Shown: positions 60,404-64,000 of the stretch, one piece after another
Numbering within the stretch: the first letter of the stretch is position 1
Layout: every line of letters starts with the position of its first letter
DNA from: a virus
Lineage: Duplodnaviria; Caudoviricetes
Reading direction: 5' to 3' (one strand)
Length of the DNA stretch: 64,000 nucleotides
IMG/VR virus record: IMGVR_UViG_3300035182_002389
Span: 96,001-160,000 of that record
The notes under the pieces: generated by a model
Databases searched by the model: none
What the model was told of the DNA's origin: nothing
Seen by the model: the letters and a program-made list of their open reading frames with translations, nothing else
Program-made: the position numbers and the translations under genes

Positions 60404-61153
60404 ATGCCCTACATCCTCCCCACCATCGTGAAGGACAACATTCGAGGCGTCGACGTCTCGAAGTGGAACGGGCGCATCGACTGGAAGCGCCTCTATCAAG
60501 AGGCGGGGCCTTCCACCGAATCGCGCATCTGCATGGTGTCCATCCGGTGCGGAGAAGCGGCGTGGGGCACGCCCGATGACGAATGGGAGAACAACTGGAA
60601 GGGCGCGCATGACGCGGGCTTCCAGTTCATCGACGCCTACCACGCGTTTCATCCGAGCGCGGACCCCATCGTCCAGGCCGATCTCTTCGCAGAGCGCCTC
60701 GATAAAATGGGAGGCGTCACGCAGTTCGACTCCATCTCGAACGACTTCGAGGTCTTCGACATCCCTCGCCAGCAACATGCGCCTGCCGACGTCCACGACC
60801 GCGCGTGCCGATTCGCCGATCGCGTCGAAGCGAACACGAAGCGCGTCTGCAAGACGTACACGGGGACCTACTTCTGGATCGACGTCGGAAATCCCGACGA
60901 TGCCTCCCCGCTCGCTCGACGCCCGCTGTGGCTCGCGGCCTATCCCAACGCTGCAACGCAAGCCGCGGCCGACGCTGTGCAAGCCCCCATCGTGCCTCGC
61001 GCGTGGCTCGCACAAGGATGGATGTTCTGGCAGTGCATCGGCACCGACGCTGGCACACTTCCCGGGATTCCCGGCAAGGACGTCGACCGCGACGTCTTTC
61101 GGTCTTCTTCCATGACCGAGCTGGTCGACTGCTTCGCGTCCGCGAAGCTCTAG
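60404..61153 (+). CDS. GH25 muramidase (endolysin)
   Basis: GVDVSKWNGRIDW, DAYHAF, NDFE (DxE), LWLAAY, MFWQ; AGGAGG SD supports the start at 60404 (the open frame extends up to 60155). Confidence 0.9.
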   Translation: MPYILPTIVKDNIRGVDVSKWNGRIDWKRLYQEAGPSTESRICMVSIRCGEAAWGTPDDEWENNWKGAHDAGFQFIDAYHAFHPSADPIVQADLFAERLDKMGGVTQFDSISNDFEVFDIPRQQHAPADVHDRACRFADRVEANTKRVCKTYTGTYFWIDVGNPDDASPLARRPLWLAAYPNAATQAAADAVQAPIVPRAWLAQGWMFWQCIGTDAGTLPGIPGKDVDRDVFRSSSMTELVDCFASAKL

Positions 61154-61160
61154 GAGCTGC

Positions 61161-61529
61161 ATGCCCTCGTCGAGCCCGTGGATGAAGGTCTTTCTCAGGC
61201 GCCTTGCCGATCGCGACGCAAGAGCCTCGTCCATCCACAGCGTCACCGGCGCGGACATGCACCGATGGTCCTTCGCTTCGTCGACCAAACGAGCCGACTT
61301 GCGGCAAGCCTGGGCCACGTCCGAAGGCCGCGCTTTCATCCGAGAAGTCGAAGGTCCGCTGCGCGAGTACCTTGCGTGGCGCTATGAGAGACGCCGGTTG
61401 CGGCCCACGCAGGGAGACGTCAAGAGGCTCGTTGAAGACGTTCTGCTCGAACAGCTCGACGCGTTCAAGGACCCCACACTCAACTTCCATCGCCTCGCCC
61501 GACTCATCGTCGACATCTACGGAGAATGA
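61161..61529 (+). CDS. hypothetical protein
   Basis: AGGAG SD. Confidence 0.6.
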   Translation: MPSSSPWMKVFLRRLADRDARASSIHSVTGADMHRWSFASSTKRADLRQAWATSEGRAFIREVEGPLREYLAWRYERRRLRPTQGDVKRLVEDVLLEQLDAFKDPTLNFHRLARLIVDIYGE

Positions 61530-61774
61530 TCATGCGCGGCCCGTTCAAGATGTTCATGAAGCCGAAAGAGACCGCCGACGATCTCAAGGTCGGGCAGGTT
61601 CGCATCGTCACCGACGGCGCCCACTACGGCATGCCGTTCGTGATCAAAATGATCCGATCGGGCAGCAACGGAAAAAAGCAAGCGCTCATGAAGTCGTACT
61701 TCGACGGCGGCCCCACGGGATTCGTCGATCTCGAAGAGGTGCTTCGCTCCACGCGTCCGAGACACGATCACTGA
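61526..61774 (+). CDS. hypothetical protein (small SH3-like beta domain possible)
   Basis: ATGA-coupled; LKVGQVRIV. Confidence 0.55.
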   Translation: MIMRGPFKMFMKPKETADDLKVGQVRIVTDGAHYGMPFVIKMIRSGSNGKKQALMKSYFDGGPTGFVDLEEVLRSTRPRHDH

Positions 61775-61860
61775 TTTGGCACAAGAGAGTGAAGACTCTT
61801 TCATTTTCCACGTTCTGACCGCACCATGAAGAAGGGGCAGAAAGGTCTGCGGAATCGCCC

Positions 61861-62349
61861 ATGAACATCCTCGCCTTTGCTGCCGATGGGGCTCCGTCCG
61901 TTGAAGCGGCGGCTGCCGAGCTGATCAAAACAGGCGTGCTTGGAGCCGTCCTCGTTCTCGTCGGCGCGTACGCGTTCTGGGTCACTCGACAGTCGAACCA
62001 AGCGCAGGCCGACCGAGTCGCCGATCAGCAGAAGGTCACCGACACGCTCCTCAAGTTCTCCACGTCCATGGGAGACGTCATGCGCGACCTCAAGGGCGCC
62101 ATCGACAGCCTCAAGAACGCCACAGACGAAGAGCGCAAGGCCATCGGGATCATCGACGCGGGCCTCACCGAGATCGGCCGAAACGTCGACAAGGCCGTCG
62201 ATACTGCGGGCAAGGTCGCCGATCAGGTCAAGAACCTCGTCGACGATACGAAGAGGGCTCACGACGTGCATGCGGATGATAGTCGCCGCGCACACTCACA
62301 AATCCAAACCACCGTCGACGATGTCCTTCGACGGCTGCCAAAAAGCTGA
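61861..62349 (+). CDS. single-TM coiled-coil protein (holin-like)
   Basis: TGVLGAVLVLVGAYAFWV then a long coiled coil. Confidence 0.65.
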   Translation: MNILAFAADGAPSVEAAAAELIKTGVLGAVLVLVGAYAFWVTRQSNQAQADRVADQQKVTDTLLKFSTSMGDVMRDLKGAIDSLKNATDEERKAIGIIDAGLTEIGRNVDKAVDTAGKVADQVKNLVDDTKRAHDVHADDSRRAHSQIQTTVDDVLRRLPKS

Positions 62350-62370
62350 TCTCGCGCGAGGGAGGCCATC

Positions 62371-62721
62371 ATGCGCTGGTTGCGTCTCATCCCTCTGCAT
62401 CGACAGCAGCAGTCTGCTGACGATCTCGACGCTGCTCTCAAGAGCGTCGACTCCACGCAAGAGGTTTTCAACGAGCTGCGAGCCAAGCTCCAAGAAATCC
62501 AGCGAGATGTGCACGACGCTGCGCAGAGGGCGACGCCCACGCCAGAACCCTCCAAGGTTTCTGTTGCTCTCAAGACTCCCGCCCCGACCTACGTGAAGCC
62601 GACGATTCCAGGAGAGAAGACCGATGAGCGTGCCCAACGACCCGATGTCGCTCAAAATCGAGGAGACCCCGGCCGAGGAACGCCCGTCCCAGACCTCCGC
62701 CGAAAGGCAGGAGCGGCATAA
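62371..62721 (+). CDS. hypothetical coiled-coil protein
   Basis: GGAGG SD; 3' part overlaps the next ORF. Confidence 0.55.
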   Translation: MRWLRLIPLHRQQQSADDLDAALKSVDSTQEVFNELRAKLQEIQRDVHDAAQRATPTPEPSKVSVALKTPAPTYVKPTIPGEKTDERAQRPDVAQNRGDPGRGTPVPDLRRKAGAA

Positions 62722-63169
62722 AGACCTCGTCGACAGCTTCGACAGGCTCGTCAAGCCGCTCGATCAGATCCTCGCACTCATGCAGGGGCACGCGACGGCC
62801 CAACGAAGGCTTTTTGCCATCACCGCGAGCATCGCTCTGCTCGTCATCGTTGCGGCCGTCTATCAATTTCGCACCGCCCTGCGCATCAGCGCTCTCGAAC
62901 AGCAGCTCGCCTCGCTCAGCAAAACCGGCGAAGAGACCAAGACTAAGGTCGCCGAAACCGAAAAAAAGCTCGACGAGGACAAACTGCGGGCCTTGCTCGC
63001 TCCCGAAGTCCGCGTTCGCCCGGGGTCCAACGGATCTCCGAACCAAGCCGTTCTCATCGTCAAGTCGGCCCCGAGCGCTCAGGCGTCCGCACAACCATCG
63101 TCTTCCTGGACGCCCGCCTCGCACGTCCCGCACGAATACGCCTTCGAGATCGGACAAGTCGAGCCCTGA
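62624..63169 (+). CDS. TM plus coiled-coil protein (inner-spanin-like topology)
   Basis: LFAITASIALLVIVAAVYQF followed by a coiled coil. Confidence 0.55.
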   Translation: MSVPNDPMSLKIEETPAEERPSQTSAERQERHKDLVDSFDRLVKPLDQILALMQGHATAQRRLFAITASIALLVIVAAVYQFRTALRISALEQQLASLSKTGEETKTKVAETEKKLDEDKLRALLAPEVRVRPGSNGSPNQAVLIVKSAPSAQASAQPSSSWTPASHVPHEYAFEIGQVEP

Positions 63170-63179
63170 CCGTTCGACC

Positions 63180-63194
63180 GGCTTTTCATAAGCC
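63180..63194. promoter_or_regulatory. palindromic operator-like site
   Basis: GGCTTTTCATAAGCC. Confidence 0.6.
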
Positions 63195-63284
63195 GGCGCC
63201 GCTTTGATCGCCTCGAAGGTCGGAAGCGGGTAGGATGGTCGCCATCCCGCTCTTCGCGGACAACCCAAAGCAGGAAACTTCACC

Positions 63285-63854
63285 ATGAAGAACTCGACCC
63301 TCCTTCTGCTCGGCGGTACGGCCGCGATCGGCGGCTACCTCCTCTACACCAAGGTGTACAAGGCGACTCCGCCGGCAGCCGGTGCGCTCCCCGCAGGCGG
63401 CGCTCCCGTTTCCCTGGTCACCACCCCGCCCGCAAAGCCGCTGATGGCAACGGATCAGGCCGCGAAGTCGCGCACGATCTCGGGCGACGAGAAGACCGCG
63501 TGGTACGCCGCGCTCAACAAGTATTATGCGATCTCGGGCGCCGACCTGGAGAAGCAGGCTGGCACCGTGAACGGTCCGATGACGGCCGTCAGCAACGTGG
63601 ACCAGTCGCCCGCCGTCCTCATGACTGCGCCCGACGCGATCCCGGACAACATGACCCAGAACGTCGCCGGCAACGCCCTGAAGGCGCTCGTTCGCCAGGG
63701 CTTCACCGTCATGGTTCCCCTGGAGACGCAGGCCAAGTTCCTCGCCGGCACCTCCCTCAACGGCGCGCCCCTCTGGGTCGGCCGCAACAGCGGCATCTCC
63801 AACGGCATCAACGCCGGCATGGCGATCCTTCTCACGCCGGAGCTGGACGCGTGA
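63285..63854 (+). CDS. signal-anchored membrane protein related to 18240-19535
   Basis: LLLLGGTAAIGGYLLYTK; ISGDEKTAWYAALN. Confidence 0.8.
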   Translation: MKNSTLLLLGGTAAIGGYLLYTKVYKATPPAAGALPAGGAPVSLVTTPPAKPLMATDQAAKSRTISGDEKTAWYAALNKYYAISGADLEKQAGTVNGPMTAVSNVDQSPAVLMTAPDAIPDNMTQNVAGNALKALVRQGFTVMVPLETQAKFLAGTSLNGAPLWVGRNSGISNGINAGMAILLTPELDA

Positions 63855-64000
63855 ACCCCGTCCTCCTGCTCGCCCTCGGGATCGCGACCGCCGCGGCCGT
63901 CGTCGGCCTTGCAGGGGGAAAGAAGGCGAACTCTCAACCCGTCCCCGCGCCGCCGCCTCCCGCGCCCCCGACCGGCCCTCGAACCCTCACGGATTCGACA
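63851..64000 (+). CDS. signal-anchored Pro-rich protein (truncated by the window end)
   Basis: GTGA-coupled; (M)NPVLLLALGIATAAAVVGLAGGKK. Confidence 0.7.
   Translation, partial: MNPVLLLALGIATAAAVVGLAGGKKANSQPVPAPPPPAPPTGPRTLTDST

Overview
GC-rich, gene-dense window with no housekeeping operons. It reads as part of a large bacterial virus or provirus, most plausibly tailless and lipid-containing. That assignment is an inference: no terminase, portal, tail or DNA polymerase gene is recognisable here. The left half (1-30.5 kb) is a mosaic of small effector-type genes: ADP-ribosyltransferase-fold, GNAT, HExxH zincin, ParB/Srx, papain-like and an orphan RelE/Gp49-type toxin. It also has a CDP-alcohol phosphatidyltransferase, a 5'-3' exonuclease, a glutaredoxin and membrane-tethered wall or glycan enzymes. 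The right half is an almost unidirectional structural region: a histone-H1-like protein, a jelly-roll-like capsid candidate, seven tandem EG(Y/F)NPFPG paralogs, a transglutaminase-like protein, about 30 signal-anchored membrane proteins, a papain-like protease, a lytic transglycosylase, GH25, SGNH esterases, tRNA-Gln(UUG) and an ECF sigma factor. The most unusual signals are: (i) three families of non-coding mini-elements built from GNA-triloop DNA hairpins, with one copy flanked by a 17-bp duplication, one family carrying a G-quadruplex-competent (GGGAAC)n tail, one copy in frame inside the exonuclease and two supplying gene C-termini; (ii) a stand-alone ubiquitin-like protein ending in GAGG; (iii) about 18 copies of a 15-bp palindrome, G(G/A)CTT-N5-AAG(C/T)(C/T); (iv) a shared RPxL...(V/T)G(A/G) N-terminal motif that may be a maturation propeptide; (v) pervasive leaderless-type promoters. 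All protein family calls are from motif recognition by eye, not database searches.
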